Below, in pieces: positions 38,969 to 49,577 of a DNA stretch of 64,000 bases. This DNA is from an uncultured Bacilli bacterium (GTDB taxonomy: Bacteria > Bacillota_I > Bacilli_A > RF39 > UBA660): assembly GCA_934087065.1 (NCBI GenBank), contig CAKOIS010000004.1, positions 419 to 64,418 on the forward strand. The letters are read 5' to 3'. The translations under genes were made by a program, and so were the position numbers. Each line of letters opens with the position of its first letter. Within the stretch, counting starts at the first letter, position 1. The notes below the pieces were generated by a model. The model saw only the letters and a list, made by a program, of their open reading frames with translations. It was not told the DNA's origin and did not search any database.

Positions 38969-40417
38969 ATGAAGAAAAAGAACACATTGTTCAAATCAAT
39001 TGCAATTATGTTCTTAGTACTAGTCGTATTATCATGGATAATTCCAACTTCAAGAGTAAGTGGAACTGACGTTATATCTTCTGATTTAGCAAGAGTTTCA
39101 TTACATCAACTATTTGAATACCCATGGGCAGGACCTCAAGCAGCTGCTAAAACAGTATTATTTATACTAGCAGTAGGTGGCTTCTATGGCGTACTTGGAA
39201 TTACTGGAAAATACAGAAACTGTCTAGAAAAAATTGCAAAATCTATGAAAGGAAAAGAAGAACTATTCTTAATTATAGTATCACTAATATTTGTACTACT
39301 TAGTAGTGTGTTCGGTTTAGATATATTATTATTTATATTTATACCAGCAATAATCAGTATCATATTACTAATGGGTTACGACAAAATGACAGCTTACCTA
39401 GTTGCATTCATGTCTCCACTTATTGGTATGATAGGTTCAACTTACAGTGCATACTTAGCTGGTTACACTAATCAAGTACTTAGTCTAACATATAAAAATG
39501 GACTACTTACTAAAATAGCTTTACTAGTAATATGCTTTGTTGTATTTATTGCTTTCACACTAAAACACGCAAGAAAAGCACTTAACAAAAATAGTGATAA
39601 AGAAGAATATGCTTATCTAGGAGAAAAAACTCAAAGTAAAAAACCTAGTTGGCCATTATATGTAATATTTGGTTTATTACTAGTATTACTAATCATTGGT
39701 TACACTGATTGGGAAGGTGTTTTTGGAATTACTTTCTTCACAGACTTGCACAAAAATATCCAAGAATTCACAATCAAAGATGTTACTATACTAAAATACC
39801 TATTTGATGGAACAGAACAATTAGGAAAATGGACTATTGACAGTTATACATTTATTCTAATACTTGCTACATTTATAATAAATCTAGTATACAACATCAA
39901 ACTAGATGACTCACTAGAAGCATACGCAAAAGGTATTAAGAAAAGCCTAAAATCAGCAGCATTAGTTGGTTTTGCTTACTGTGTAGTATTTATTGCATTC
40001 TATCATGGATACATTGTTACTATATTAAATTTCATTTCTAACACTTGTGGTTTTGGACTTGCTAAACTAGTTAACATCACTTGGTTACAAGAAATAATAC
40101 ACTTAATATTTGGATCACTAAGCATGATAATTGCAACAGCTATAAATATAGACTACCTATATGTAGCATCTACAGTAGGAACATTCTTATCAGTTGCATA
40201 TGCTGACTACACACTATTAATAAGTATTATAATGCAAGCAATATATGGTTTAACACTTTTCGTAGCACCTACTTCAACATTATTGATTTTAGGTTTAACA
40301 AGCTTAGACATCAACTACAAAGACTGGCTAAAGAAGAGTTGGAAACTAGTACTTGAATTACTTCTTGTAATATTTGTTGTAATAATACTTCTAGTAATAG
40401 TTAAATCTCATATATAA
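38969..40417 (+). CDS. YfcC-family polytopic membrane transporter (putative)
   Basis: N-terminus ...LVVLSWIIPTS resembles the YfcC family start; ~12 TM. Confidence 0.45.
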   Translation: MKKKNTLFKSIAIMFLVLVVLSWIIPTSRVSGTDVISSDLARVSLHQLFEYPWAGPQAAAKTVLFILAVGGFYGVLGITGKYRNCLEKIAKSMKGKEELFLIIVSLIFVLLSSVFGLDILLFIFIPAIISIILLMGYDKMTAYLVAFMSPLIGMIGSTYSAYLAGYTNQVLSLTYKNGLLTKIALLVICFVVFIAFTLKHARKALNKNSDKEEYAYLGEKTQSKKPSWPLYVIFGLLLVLLIIGYTDWEGVFGITFFTDLHKNIQEFTIKDVTILKYLFDGTEQLGKWTIDSYTFILILATFIINLVYNIKLDDSLEAYAKGIKKSLKSAALVGFAYCVVFIAFYHGYIVTILNFISNTCGFGLAKLVNITWLQEIIHLIFGSLSMIIATAINIDYLYVASTVGTFLSVAYADYTLLISIIMQAIYGLTLFVAPTSTLLILGLTSLDINYKDWLKKSWKLVLELLLVIFVVIILLVIVKSHI

Positions 40418-40421
40418 AATT

Positions 40422-40450
40422 AGAACTTTCACAAAAAAGTTCTTTTTTTG
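40422..40450 (+). terminator. Rho-independent terminator
   Basis: agaacttt-cacaaa-aaagttct + ttttttt. Confidence 0.75.
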
Positions 40451-40503
40451 TATATTATTTTATAAAAACACTCAATATATCATATATTATGAAAGAGGTG
40501 TAT

Positions 40504-42612
40504 ATGAATAACTATACAGAAGAACTAAAAAGAATACTAAAAAATAGTGAATTAATTGCAGAAAATCTTAACAGCTCTGACATCAACTCTATCCATTTTT
40601 TAATGAGCTTACTTAAAAACTCTAACTCACTAACTCCAGTACTAGAAAAACATAAAATAGACTATGAAGAAATAAAACGTTTCCTAACAAACAAAAATGA
40701 ACCAACTAAATATCTATTCTACAGTAAAGAACTACTAAGCTCTATTGAAGGGGTAATACTATCTCTAGAAAATATAGATGACGAAATAACACTAAACTTA
40801 CTATTTAATGAAATACTTTCAAATAAAAACACTTTGTGCTATAAAACACTCATAAAAACTAATACTGACATAGAAAACCTAAAAAAAGACATTAAAACAA
40901 CTAACACAATTTCTAGTAACAGCATACTAAAGTCTATCGGAAGAAACCTAAACGAACTTGCAATAAAAAAAGAATTTGACCCAGTAATAGGAAGAGAAAA
41001 AGAAATAACTAGAATTATTGAAGTACTAAAAAGAAAAAACAAAAACAATCCGCTTTTACTAGGAGAAGCAGGCGTTGGTAAAACGTCAGTAGTAGAAGAA
41101 CTAGCAAGTCGTATTACTAAAAACTTAGTACCAGACTTCTTAAAAGGAAAAACAATATATGAAGTAAACTTATCTTCAGTAATCGCAGGCACTAAATACC
41201 GTGGAGAATTTGAAGAAAAACTTACAAAACTAATTAACGAACTAGAAACAAACAACAACTTAATACTATTTATTGACGAAATTCACACTCTAGTAGGTGC
41301 CGGTGGTGCAGAAGGTGCTATTGACGCATCAAACATATTAAAGCCTGCACTTGCAAGAGGAAAGCTCTCTTTAATAGGTGCTACTACATTAAAAGAATAC
41401 ACTAGCTCCATAGAAAAAGACAAAGCTTTAGATAGAAGATTTGAACCCCTATTAATAAATGAACCAAATTATGACGAAACACTATACATTCTAAAAAAAA
41501 TAAAACCAAATTATGAAAAATATCACAACGTTAAAATACCTAATAACATCATAGAATTAACTGCAAAACTATCAGACAAATACATAAAAAATAGAAATAA
41601 CCCAGATAAATCAATAGACATACTAGATGAAATATGTGCTATAACATCACTTGTAGAAAAGAAAACAACTAACACAAAAATAGAAAACAAAATAATATCA
41701 CTTACTGAAAAGAAAAACAAATGCATTCTAGAAAACAACCTAACAAAAGCACTATCTCTAAAAAAGGAAATAACTTCACTAGAAAGTATTCAGAAAAAAA
41801 ATAACACTCTAAACATAAAAAACACAGTAACTAAAGCCATATTAAAAGAAGTACTAGAAACAAAAACAAACTCTAATATCTTTGAACTATCTAACCCATC
41901 ATACTTTACAGATCTAAATAACTACCTAAAACTAAACATCTATGAACAAGACCATATAATTGACAACATAACAAAAAAACTTATATGCTTTACTAAAAAC
42001 AATAATAAGTTACCACTAACTATCTCATTAAAAGGTCCAACTGGAACAGGCAAAACTTACCTAGTAAAAACTTTATCTAAATACTTAAAAACTCATCTTA
42101 TAACATTAAACATGAAAGACTACGTAACTAGTACTAGTATAACAAAACTAATTGGTACAACCGCTGGATACGTTGGTTACGACGAAAAAAACACACCATT
42201 TGAAAGCCTAAAACACCACCCTATTTCAATAATTCTTCTAGAAGACTATAATTATACCCACCCTTCCATAAAAGCTCTATTTGACACTATTTCTACAACT
42301 GGAAAACTCACACTTAACAATAATGAAATAATTAACTTTGAAAACACTATAATAATTAAAACAACAAAAGAAGATAGTAATCATTCCATTGGTTTTATAG
42401 AAAAACCAAACAAACAAAACACACTTACATTTAACTCACTATCTGTTTGTTCAATAAAGAAAATAATAACTAAACAAAATAATACACTTACTGATGAACA
42501 AATAAATAAAATAATAGAAAAATCTAACTACTTAGAACAAAACGCAAAACAACTACTTAACCTAATAAATGAAAACTTAGTGAACATTAATGAAGTTATA
42601 CCAAATTTATGA
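40504..42612 (+). CDS. ClpC/ClpE-like AAA+ ATPase with Clp_N domain and degenerate second nucleotide-binding domain
   Basis: Clp_N repeats; D1 Walker [10 protein letters not shown], Walker B LFIDEIHT; D2 Walker A GPTGTGKT but Walker B region ILLEDYNY (no DE); start placed at Met after RBS AAAGAGGTG. Confidence 0.65.
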   Translation: MNNYTEELKRILKNSELIAENLNSSDINSIHFLMSLLKNSNSLTPVLEKHKIDYEEIKRFLTNKNEPTKYLFYSKELLSSIEGVILSLENIDDEITLNLLFNEILSNKNTLCYKTLIKTNTDIENLKKDIKTTNTISSNSILKSIGRNLNELAIKKEFDPVIGREKEITRIIEVLKRKNKNNPLLLGEAGVGKTSVVEELASRITKNLVPDFLKGKTIYEVNLSSVIAGTKYRGEFEEKLTKLINELETNNNLILFIDEIHTLVGAGGAEGAIDASNILKPALARGKLSLIGATTLKEYTSSIEKDKALDRRFEPLLINEPNYDETLYILKKIKPNYEKYHNVKIPNNIIELTAKLSDKYIKNRNNPDKSIDILDEICAITSLVEKKTTNTKIENKIISLTEKKNKCILENNLTKALSLKKEITSLESIQKKNNTLNIKNTVTKAILKEVLETKTNSNIFELSNPSYFTDLNNYLKLNIYEQDHIIDNITKKLICFTKNNNKLPLTISLKGPTGTGKTYLVKTLSKYLKTHLITLNMKDYVTSTSITKLIGTTAGYVGYDEKNTPFESLKHHPISIILLEDYNYTHPSIKALFDTISTTGKLTLNNNEIINFENTIIIKTTKEDSNHSIGFIEKPNKQNTLTFNSLSVCSIKKIITKQNNTLTDEQINKIIEKSNYLEQNAKQLLNLINENLVNINEVIPNL

Positions 42613-42638
42613 TATAATGTTACCAGGGAAGTGAAAAT

Positions 42639-43304
42639 ATGGAATTAATTTTAATAATACTTATAATAAGTTTACCTCTTATATCACAGTTATATATATC
42701 AGTAACTTATAAAAAAACATCTAACATTGAATTTAGAAGTGACACTACAGGATATGATGTAGCCAGAAACATACTTGATAAAAATGGTTTAAACAACATA
42801 CTAGTGGTTGAAACAAATGGCACACTAACCGACCATTATGACCCAACTAGAAAAGTAATAAAACTTTCAAAAGACATTTATCACGGTAATTCAGTTGCAA
42901 GCGCATCAGTTGCAGCCCATGAAGTAGGACACGCTATACAAGACAAAGAAGGCTATACATTCTTAAGAATAAGACACGCAATATTCCCAGTAGTAAGCTT
43001 TTTAGATAGAATATCATATATAGTAATATTCTTAGGTTTCTTACTTGAATACATGAACTTAGTATACTTTGGAATATTCGCAGTAGGTGCTGGCGTATTA
43101 TTTCAAATAATAACTTTACCAGTAGAAATAAATGCATCAAAAAGAGCAATAAAAGAACTAAACGAACTTAACCTAACAACAGATAGAACAGAAGATTTAT
43201 CAAAAAACATGCTAACAGCTGCAGCTTTAACTTATGTTGCTAGCACACTTGCTGAAATATTACAACTTATAAGACTAATCGGAATTGTAAAAGACAACGA
43301 TTAG
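42639..43304 (+). CDS. Membrane zinc metallopeptidase (YugP-like, PF04298)
   Basis: HEVGHAIQ zinc motif, TM helices. Confidence 0.7.
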   Translation: MELILIILIISLPLISQLYISVTYKKTSNIEFRSDTTGYDVARNILDKNGLNNILVVETNGTLTDHYDPTRKVIKLSKDIYHGNSVASASVAAHEVGHAIQDKEGYTFLRIRHAIFPVVSFLDRISYIVIFLGFLLEYMNLVYFGIFAVGAGVLFQIITLPVEINASKRAIKELNELNLTTDRTEDLSKNMLTAAALTYVASTLAEILQLIRLIGIVKDND

Positions 43305-43342
43305 TCTTTTTTTATACAAAAAAAATAACACATAAGTGTTAC
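43288..43342. terminator. Back-to-back terminators (peptidase on +, rpsF-ssb-rpsR on -)
   Basis: aaagac-N8-gtcttt + T7 on plus strand; taacac-ataa-gtgtta preceded by A8 (U8 on minus). Confidence 0.55.
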
Positions 43343-43554
43343 TTTACAAATGGAATTAATCCCATAAATCTAGCTCTTTTAACTTCTCTAGCTATATGTC
43401 TTTGATGTAATGCACAAGCACCAGTCATTCTTCTAGGTAAAATCTTACCTTTATCATTAATGTACTTAGTTATAATAGGCACATCTTTATAATCAACGCT
43501 TTTTCCAGCACACATTTGACATATCTTCTTTTTTCTAGGATAAAATTCTTTCAT
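43339..43554 (-). CDS. rpsR: 30S ribosomal protein S18
   Basis: Conserved bS18 core. Confidence 0.95.
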   Translation of the reverse strand: MKEFYPRKKKICQMCAGKSVDYKDVPIITKYINDKGKILPRRMTGACALHQRHIAREVKRARFMGLIPFVK

Positions 43555-43571
43555 TTTTTATTCCTCCTTTA

Positions 43572-44051
43572 CTAAAATGGTAAATCATCATCACTAAGTG
43601 ACACTTCACTACCAAAATCTTTAAAAGGGTCGTCATTACTAACATCTACTCCTGTTTCAGGACTTGGTTGATCCATATAAACAGAACTTGTTGTATCAAC
43701 ATAAGCATTAACTGGACTACTCTCATTATTATCTCTTTTAGAACCCATTAACTCAATTCTATCAGCAATAACTTCAGTAACATATCTTTTACTTCCATCT
43801 TGAGCATCATAACTTCTAATTTGAATTCTTCCATCAATACCTATTTGACTACCTTTAGTTACATACCTTTGAACAACATTAACTTGAGGTCCAGTAACTT
43901 GTACAGGTATAAAGTCAGCTTCAACAACACCTTCTCTATTCTTAAATGTTCTATTAACAGCAACTGTGAAATTAGCAACAGAATTACCATTAGTAAATGC
44001 TCTAATTTCAGGGTCTCTTGTTAATCTTCCTACAAGTACTACTTTATTCAT
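43572..44051 (-). CDS. ssb: Single-stranded DNA-binding protein
   Basis: OB fold + acidic C-terminal tail DDDLPF. Confidence 0.95.
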   Translation of the reverse strand: MNKVVLVGRLTRDPEIRAFTNGNSVANFTVAVNRTFKNREGVVEADFIPVQVTGPQVNVVQRYVTKGSQIGIDGRIQIRSYDAQDGSKRYVTEVIADRIELMGSKRDNNESSPVNAYVDTTSSVYMDQPSPETGVDVSNDDPFKDFGSEVSLSDDDLPF

Positions 44052-44055
44052 AATA

Positions 44056-44343
44056 CTACTCTTCCTCCTTAATGATTAAATGTCTTAAAATTCTTTCGTC
44101 TATTAAAGCTTTTCTATCAAACTCTTTAACAGCCTTACTTTCACATTCAACATTAAGTAAATGATAATAACCTCTTACTTGTTTCTCAATTTCATAAGCT
44201 AACTTCTTTTGACCTAAATCTTTACTATTTAAGATTTTACCACCCATATCAGTAATAATACTTTCAAAAGACTTAACTACGTTAGCTACTTCTTCTTCAG
44301 CGATATCAGCTTTTACAATGAACATGATTTCATATTTATTCAT
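44056..44343 (-). CDS. rpsF: 30S ribosomal protein S6
   Basis: Conserved bS6 N-terminus MNKYEIMFIV. Confidence 0.95.
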   Translation of the reverse strand: MNKYEIMFIVKADIAEEEVANVVKSFESIITDMGGKILNSKDLGQKKLAYEIEKQVRGYYHLLNVECESKAVKEFDRKALIDERILRHLIIKEEE

Positions 44344-44409
44344 TTCATTTCACCTCCTTATGGTCTATTGGCTTCACATGAAGCAAGGAAGATTTCTCTT
44401 CTCACAAGT

Positions 44410-44438
44410 ATTCTACCACAACTTAAAACATTAATCAA
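44410..44438 (-). promoter_or_regulatory. Sigma-A promoter of rpsF-ssb-rpsR (TTGATT-17-TGgTAGAAT, extended -10)
   Basis: Reverse complement reads ttgatt aatgttttaagttgtgg tagaat; leader hairpin + strong RBS AAGGAGGTG follow. Confidence 0.55.
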
Positions 44439-44539
44439 TAGCATTTTAAAAGAAAAAGCAAGCTAGTTAGCTTACTTATACCTAATTATTAAATATAATA
44501 CTTAATAAGATCACAAAGTAAAGTACACATATATCATAC

Positions 44540-47221
44540 CTAATTCATTACATATGGATCACTTTGTGTTCCACTTCCTGTTACTGTTATATCAGACTTT
44601 AAAGCCATAACTGGAGAATAAGCATTTGCATTAGTCACTGAAGCACCAGCACCACCGTTTCCTAAATACCCTGGTCCATCTACATAGAATACGTAACTAG
44701 TATCCGCAGGATTAGGATTTATTAGCCATTGTAATTGTTGAGAACCTTGATATAACCAGTTGTTATTATAACATGCATATATGTTACTATATTTACTTGG
44801 CATATTTGTTCTTACACAATCACTCGCTAGTACAGCATATCCATAATCACTTGGATATGTTAACCCTACGCTTCCAATATATGTTGCAGTGCTAGAAGAA
44901 CTTGGTCCTATGCTTCCTTTACTTTCCAGTACCCTCTCCATTTTATATAAATCTGCTGATGTATATGATGTATATGAGTTTGATGTACCCAAATACATCT
45001 TGTAATTCACGGTGTTTTTAAAGTTAGTCAAACTATAATTAATTAATGTGTTTCTAGAAATGGTTGACGTCGGGTAATAATTTAAACTAGTACCTAAATT
45101 ATACAAAGAAGTTGGATAATTATTTCGTTCATAATACTTTCTTACTCTTATTACATTTTCCCCATTTTCTCCATCTGGAAATAATCCTATAATTCTCCAT
45201 AATTCTTTAGTTCCATTATTTTCCATATAAATATAGTTATTTGGGTCACTACCTTCATATCTATATCCATTTTCATTTACTGCATTTGTTTGAATTAATG
45301 TTGCTAATGATGTTCCATTTTTCTTAAATGTTATTGAACAACTTTTTGCACTTATTATATTGCTTATTGTGTAAGTATTACCGCTTAATGTTCCACCACA
45401 TGTATCTGTTTCAAGTTCTGCTTTATAACCTGAATTAGGTGCTACAGTAAATTTTGCATCTTTACCTTCTTCAACAAGTACTGTACCTGTACCACTTCCG
45501 CTATTAACATTTAAATTAACTTCATAAGTGTTAACTGGTACTGCTTCTATAATATAAGGATTTTCTGCACTTCCATCTCCAGTTTTATATATGTTGCCTC
45601 CATTAATTGAAATCACTGGTCTTACAGCTAAAACATTTGATAAAATAATAAGTGGAGATCCAATTCTACTAATTTCTACATTTTTTCCACCTAAGCCATA
45701 AACATTCCCGCGATATTGAGTTGATACTCCTTCAGGAGTTAATAACCAGCTCCACAAATCACCAGTAAGATTTTTGCTTAAGCTATTGTTTGAATACCAC
45801 ACTTTTTCATTTTTTTCATGATACAATCCTCCAGCATAAACAGCTTCATCTACTGTCATTAAAGAAATAGAATACTTTAAATCACCATTTCCAGTGTTTG
45901 TATTTAAAACGCTAAAACTGTCTTCTTTTGACGCACAAGAATAAGTAGGATTACTATTATTTCCAATTGTTTTTATTCTATCACTAGCAGAAAAGCTTGT
46001 ATAATTTCCAGGTGTTTTATAATTATCATAAGAACTGTTTACTGATATACTTCTATCTTGGCAATAAACTGATTCTTGACTTATATAACTATTTAATTTC
46101 AATAAATGTTTGTTATACCAACTATCTATATAATTTTTAATTACACTTGAGTTTTCATTTGTTCTGTTATTTTCTAAACTTCCTTTAGTTCCATACATAT
46201 ACCCAATATTTAATGGATCAGCTTCTTCAAATTCACTAAACACTGACGTTCCAATATAGCCTTTTTCTGTATCTGAACTTGTTCCTGAATATAATAATCT
46301 TATACTACCGTCTTGGTTTGATCTTATTATTCTCCAATACATTGGATCACCTTTTTTAGCAATTTGAACACTTCTACAATTAGCCATTTCGTATTTAACT
46401 CCTCTAGAAGTAATCTTATATGAACTACATTCTGCCATTGTAGAAAACTCTTTTTGAGAAACAGTAAACACATCCCCAGTATCTACATTCTTAAAATCAC
46501 CTAAAATTGTAGTCTTATCTTCTTGCCACTCTCCAAACTTTACCCAGTTATTTCTAGCATCTCCTGCAAAGTAATACACATCAGTATTATTTTCTTTTGC
46601 TTTATATAGTGTATTTACATTACTTTCAGTGTATATGTTACTAAAGTCTGTTCTAGTTTTTATTGTTGGGTTATCAGCTAGTAACTTATCATATATTTTA
46701 GGTTTCCCTGTACTTTCTTCAATAGCTAAAGTCCCACCTAGTTTCTTCCCCATATCACTACTTTGATCTTCCTCTATACTTACGTATTTAAATTCTACTT
46801 GATATGTTTGCTTACTTCCCTTTGGAATTACTACATCATATGCTAAAACTACATCTTTTGATGTTTCTGTTTTAATTACATTTAAATAGTTATCCATATT
46901 GTATCCAGTATCACTTGTTATTTTATACTGAAGTGTATTTATACTTTCAAACGTATTAACTAACCCCTTTAATAAAATATTATAGTTAAAATCTTCTTTA
47001 CTATTATTAGTAATTGTAAATGTTTTAACATTATTCCATCCAGGACTTATTGTTTCATCAGCTATACTGGAAGTATCCGTAAAAGTTATCGCAACATTCT
47101 TTGCTACTAAGTTTATATCTTTGGGGTTACCAATTACTCTTGCTGCGAAAAACGCAAGACTACAACTTATTGTAACTATTATTAAAGTTGTTACTATTAC
47201 TCCTAAATCTATTTTTTTCAT
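44540..47221 (-). CDS. Large secreted surface protein: TasA-like N-terminus + two tandem copies of the novel ~330-aa domain shared with 2178-4109
   Basis: Start at Met-6 (AGGAAGTGG RBS); N-terminal TM/signal; WRIIRSNQDGSIRLLY, MYxGYMYG, VRPVISI motifs repeated (second copy WRIIGLFPDGENG...SPVMALK). Confidence 0.6.
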   Translation of the reverse strand: MKKIDLGVIVTTLIIVTISCSLAFFAARVIGNPKDINLVAKNVAITFTDTSSIADETISPGWNNVKTFTITNNSKEDFNYNILLKGLVNTFESINTLQYKITSDTGYNMDNYLNVIKTETSKDVVLAYDVVIPKGSKQTYQVEFKYVSIEEDQSSDMGKKLGGTLAIEESTGKPKIYDKLLADNPTIKTRTDFSNIYTESNVNTLYKAKENNTDVYYFAGDARNNWVKFGEWQEDKTTILGDFKNVDTGDVFTVSQKEFSTMAECSSYKITSRGVKYEMANCRSVQIAKKGDPMYWRIIRSNQDGSIRLLYSGTSSDTEKGYIGTSVFSEFEEADPLNIGYMYGTKGSLENNRTNENSSVIKNYIDSWYNKHLLKLNSYISQESVYCQDRSISVNSSYDNYKTPGNYTSFSASDRIKTIGNNSNPTYSCASKEDSFSVLNTNTGNGDLKYSISLMTVDEAVYAGGLYHEKNEKVWYSNNSLSKNLTGDLWSWLLTPEGVSTQYRGNVYGLGGKNVEISRIGSPLIILSNVLAVRPVISINGGNIYKTGDGSAENPYIIEAVPVNTYEVNLNVNSGSGTGTVLVEEGKDAKFTVAPNSGYKAELETDTCGGTLSGNTYTISNIISAKSCSITFKKNGTSLATLIQTNAVNENGYRYEGSDPNNYIYMENNGTKELWRIIGLFPDGENGENVIRVRKYYERNNYPTSLYNLGTSLNYYPTSTISRNTLINYSLTNFKNTVNYKMYLGTSNSYTSYTSADLYKMERVLESKGSIGPSSSSTATYIGSVGLTYPSDYGYAVLASDCVRTNMPSKYSNIYACYNNNWLYQGSQQLQWLINPNPADTSYVFYVDGPGYLGNGGAGASVTNANAYSPVMALKSDITVTGSGTQSDPYVMN

Positions 47222-47275
47222 ATATACCACTTCCATCTATATTATTTACATATTCTAACAAAATTATTATAACAT

Positions 47276-47311
47276 TTCTATGAGATTTTTTCAACATACT
47301 TTCTCATAGAA
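47276..47311. promoter_or_regulatory. Inverted repeat TTCTATGAGA-N14-TCTCATAGAA between divergent genes
   Basis: 10-bp perfect arms seen directly in the 133-bp divergent promoter region. Confidence 0.5.
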
Positions 47312-47369
47312 TATTTTAATATAACATACATTAAATATTTATGGTATCTTTTAATAGGAAGGTGAGAAC

Positions 47370-47567
47370 ATGAAGGATATAATAAAACCAACAAAAAAGA
47401 AAAATGAAACAGTTTATAAATCTTTATATATTAAAGAAGATTTAGTTAAAAAGCTAGAAATAATAGCAAAAGAACATGATACATCTTTTAATAATGTGGT
47501 TATAAGTTTATTAGAATATGCTTTAGATGAATTAAAAGCTGAAGAAGAAACTTTAATTAAAGAATAA
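47370..47567 (+). CDS. Small ribbon-helix-helix (CopG/ParD-like) putative transcriptional regulator
   Basis: 65 aa; predicted beta-strand KSLYIKEDLVKKL followed by two helices, typical of the RHH fold. Confidence 0.45.
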   Translation: MKDIIKPTKKKNETVYKSLYIKEDLVKKLEIIAKEHDTSFNNVVISLLEYALDELKAEEETLIKE

Positions 47568-47600
47568 GAATTAGTAAAAGACTCTAATTCTTATTTTATT
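47568..47600 (+). terminator. Rho-independent terminator
   Basis: agaattag-N7-ctaattct + T-rich tail. Confidence 0.65.
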
Positions 47601-47731
47601 AAATTTCCCATATTTTCAAGAAAAATCAAGCATATTTACACTGCAAACTTGTTTTTTCGTGCATTTTGCCCGAATTTACAAGTTACACACAAAAAAAATA
47701 TCAAGTGTTAATAACCTGATACTTATAAACA

Positions 47732-48454
47732 TCAACTCTCTTTAATTGCTTTTAGTTCTTCATAATACATAGTTTCTGCTACATAATAATATGGAAGTAC
47801 ATAAATTATTGGGAATATGAATAAACATAATAGCGCCCATCCAATAAAACTTAATTGAAATACAAAGTAGTCCCATTTGTACCCATACATCATATCTTTA
47901 CTTTTCTTTATAATAGCCATTGCATCAGTGTCTTCTCCGTCAATAAATATAAAAGTACTCATTGAATAACTTAAACCCGCTATTATTCCAGGTATTACAA
48001 ATAGTAAACTCCATAAAGCTGTAAATATGCTAATTAATATAGAAAGTAATATAATAGTCCACATTCTTTCTTTATAGAACTTAAATAAATCACTAATGTC
48101 AAAACTCTTATCTCTTACTATATTTAAAACATAATAACTTACTCCAGCAGTTAAAGGAATACTAATAAAACCGTAAATCGCGTCCATCACATTATAATAA
48201 ACATTATTATAAATTTCAATTTTAGCCCCATCAACTAGTCCACCAAAGAAACCAAATAAACTACTAATAGCCATAACTACTAAAAGTGCTTGCCATATAT
48301 TCCACATATTACCGTTAAGTTTTTCTTTCGCAGCCTCTTTTAATCTAGGTCTATTAATAATCCCATTCTTACTAAATCTAGTTCCTTCTTTATCACAACA
48401 TTCACATTTACCATTCACTAGTTCTTTTCCACACTTACTACAAAACTTTTCCAT
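47732..48454 (-). CDS. Zinc-ribbon + DUF975-like integral membrane protein
   Basis: N-terminal CxxC...CxC pair, then 4-5 TM helices. Confidence 0.4.
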   Translation of the reverse strand: MEKFCSKCGKELVNGKCECCDKEGTRFSKNGIINRPRLKEAAKEKLNGNMWNIWQALLVVMAISSLFGFFGGLVDGAKIEIYNNVYYNVMDAIYGFISIPLTAGVSYYVLNIVRDKSFDISDLFKFYKERMWTIILLSILISIFTALWSLLFVIPGIIAGLSYSMSTFIFIDGEDTDAMAIIKKSKDMMYGYKWDYFVFQLSFIGWALLCLFIFPIIYVLPYYYVAETMYYEELKAIKES

Positions 48455-48463
48455 AATGTCCTC

Positions 48464-49570
48464 CTAAACATTAAATCTAAAGTAGCAAATATCCCCGTCT
48501 TGCATAACATATTCTTTTCCTTCAAGTCTAGCTTTACCTGCTTCCTTAACTTTAAGTTCACTTCCACAACTAATTAAATCTTCATAGCTCATTACTTCTG
48601 CTTTAATAAATCCTCTTTCAAAGTCACTATGTATAATTCCAGCACACTCTGGTGCTTTCATACCCTTTTTAAAAGTCCAAGCTCTAACTTCGTCACTTCC
48701 TACAGTAAAGAATGTAGCTAGCCCTAGAGTATCATAAGTAACTTTAATTAGTTTATCTAGTCCACCCTCTTCTATTCCAAGCTCACTTAAGAATATTTTC
48801 TTTTCTGAGTCCTCTAACTCAACTAATTCACTTTCTATCTTAGCGCACATAAGAATAACTTCACATCCATCATTCTTAGCATATTCTCTAACTTTATCAA
48901 TATACTCATTATTTCCAGTTACTAAATCAACTTCATTAACATTAGCTAAATATATCATAGGTTTCATAGTAATAAAATTAAATGGTTTTAATATCTCTAG
49001 TTCATCTTCTTCAAATTCATGATGTCTTAACACTTCTCCACTAGATAAAATATCCTTACACTTTTCCATTAACTCTACTTCTTTTAAAGCATCTTTATCT
49101 CTACTAGTTTCTGCTTTCTTCTTTATTCTATCAATCCTATTACTAACTATCTCCAAATCACTCATAGCTAGTTCCAAATTAATTATTTCTATATCCCTAA
49201 TAGGGTCAATATTTCCTTCAACATGAATAATATCTTTATCAACAAAACATCTTACTACATGTATTACTGCATCAACTTCTCTTATATGACTTAAAAACTT
49301 ATTTCCAAGTCCTTCTCCACTACTAGCGCCTTTAACTAGCCCAGCTATATCAGTAAACTCATACTGTGCACCAATACACCTTTCGGGCATATACATTCTC
49401 TCTAACACTCCAAGCCTTTCATCAGGTACTGTAACAGTTCCTAAATTCGGATCTATTGTTGCAAAAGGATAATTAGCTGCTAATATATTTTTTTTAGTAA
49501 TAGCATTAAATAAAGTACTCTTCCCTACATTAGGCATACCTATAATTCCCGCTTTTAAAGCCATTTTCAA
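48464..49570 (-). CDS. ychF: Ribosome-binding ATPase YchF
   Basis: G1 GMPNVGKST, TGS domain at C-terminus. Confidence 0.95.
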   Translation of the reverse strand: MKMALKAGIIGMPNVGKSTLFNAITKKNILAANYPFATIDPNLGTVTVPDERLGVLERMYMPERCIGAQYEFTDIAGLVKGASSGEGLGNKFLSHIREVDAVIHVVRCFVDKDIIHVEGNIDPIRDIEIINLELAMSDLEIVSNRIDRIKKKAETSRDKDALKEVELMEKCKDILSSGEVLRHHEFEEDELEILKPFNFITMKPMIYLANVNEVDLVTGNNEYIDKVREYAKNDGCEVILMCAKIESELVELEDSEKKIFLSELGIEEGGLDKLIKVTYDTLGLATFFTVGSDEVRAWTFKKGMKAPECAGIIHSDFERGFIKAEVMSYEDLISCGSELKVKEAGKARLEGKEYVMQDGDICYFRFNV

Positions 49571-49577
49571 AACCTCC

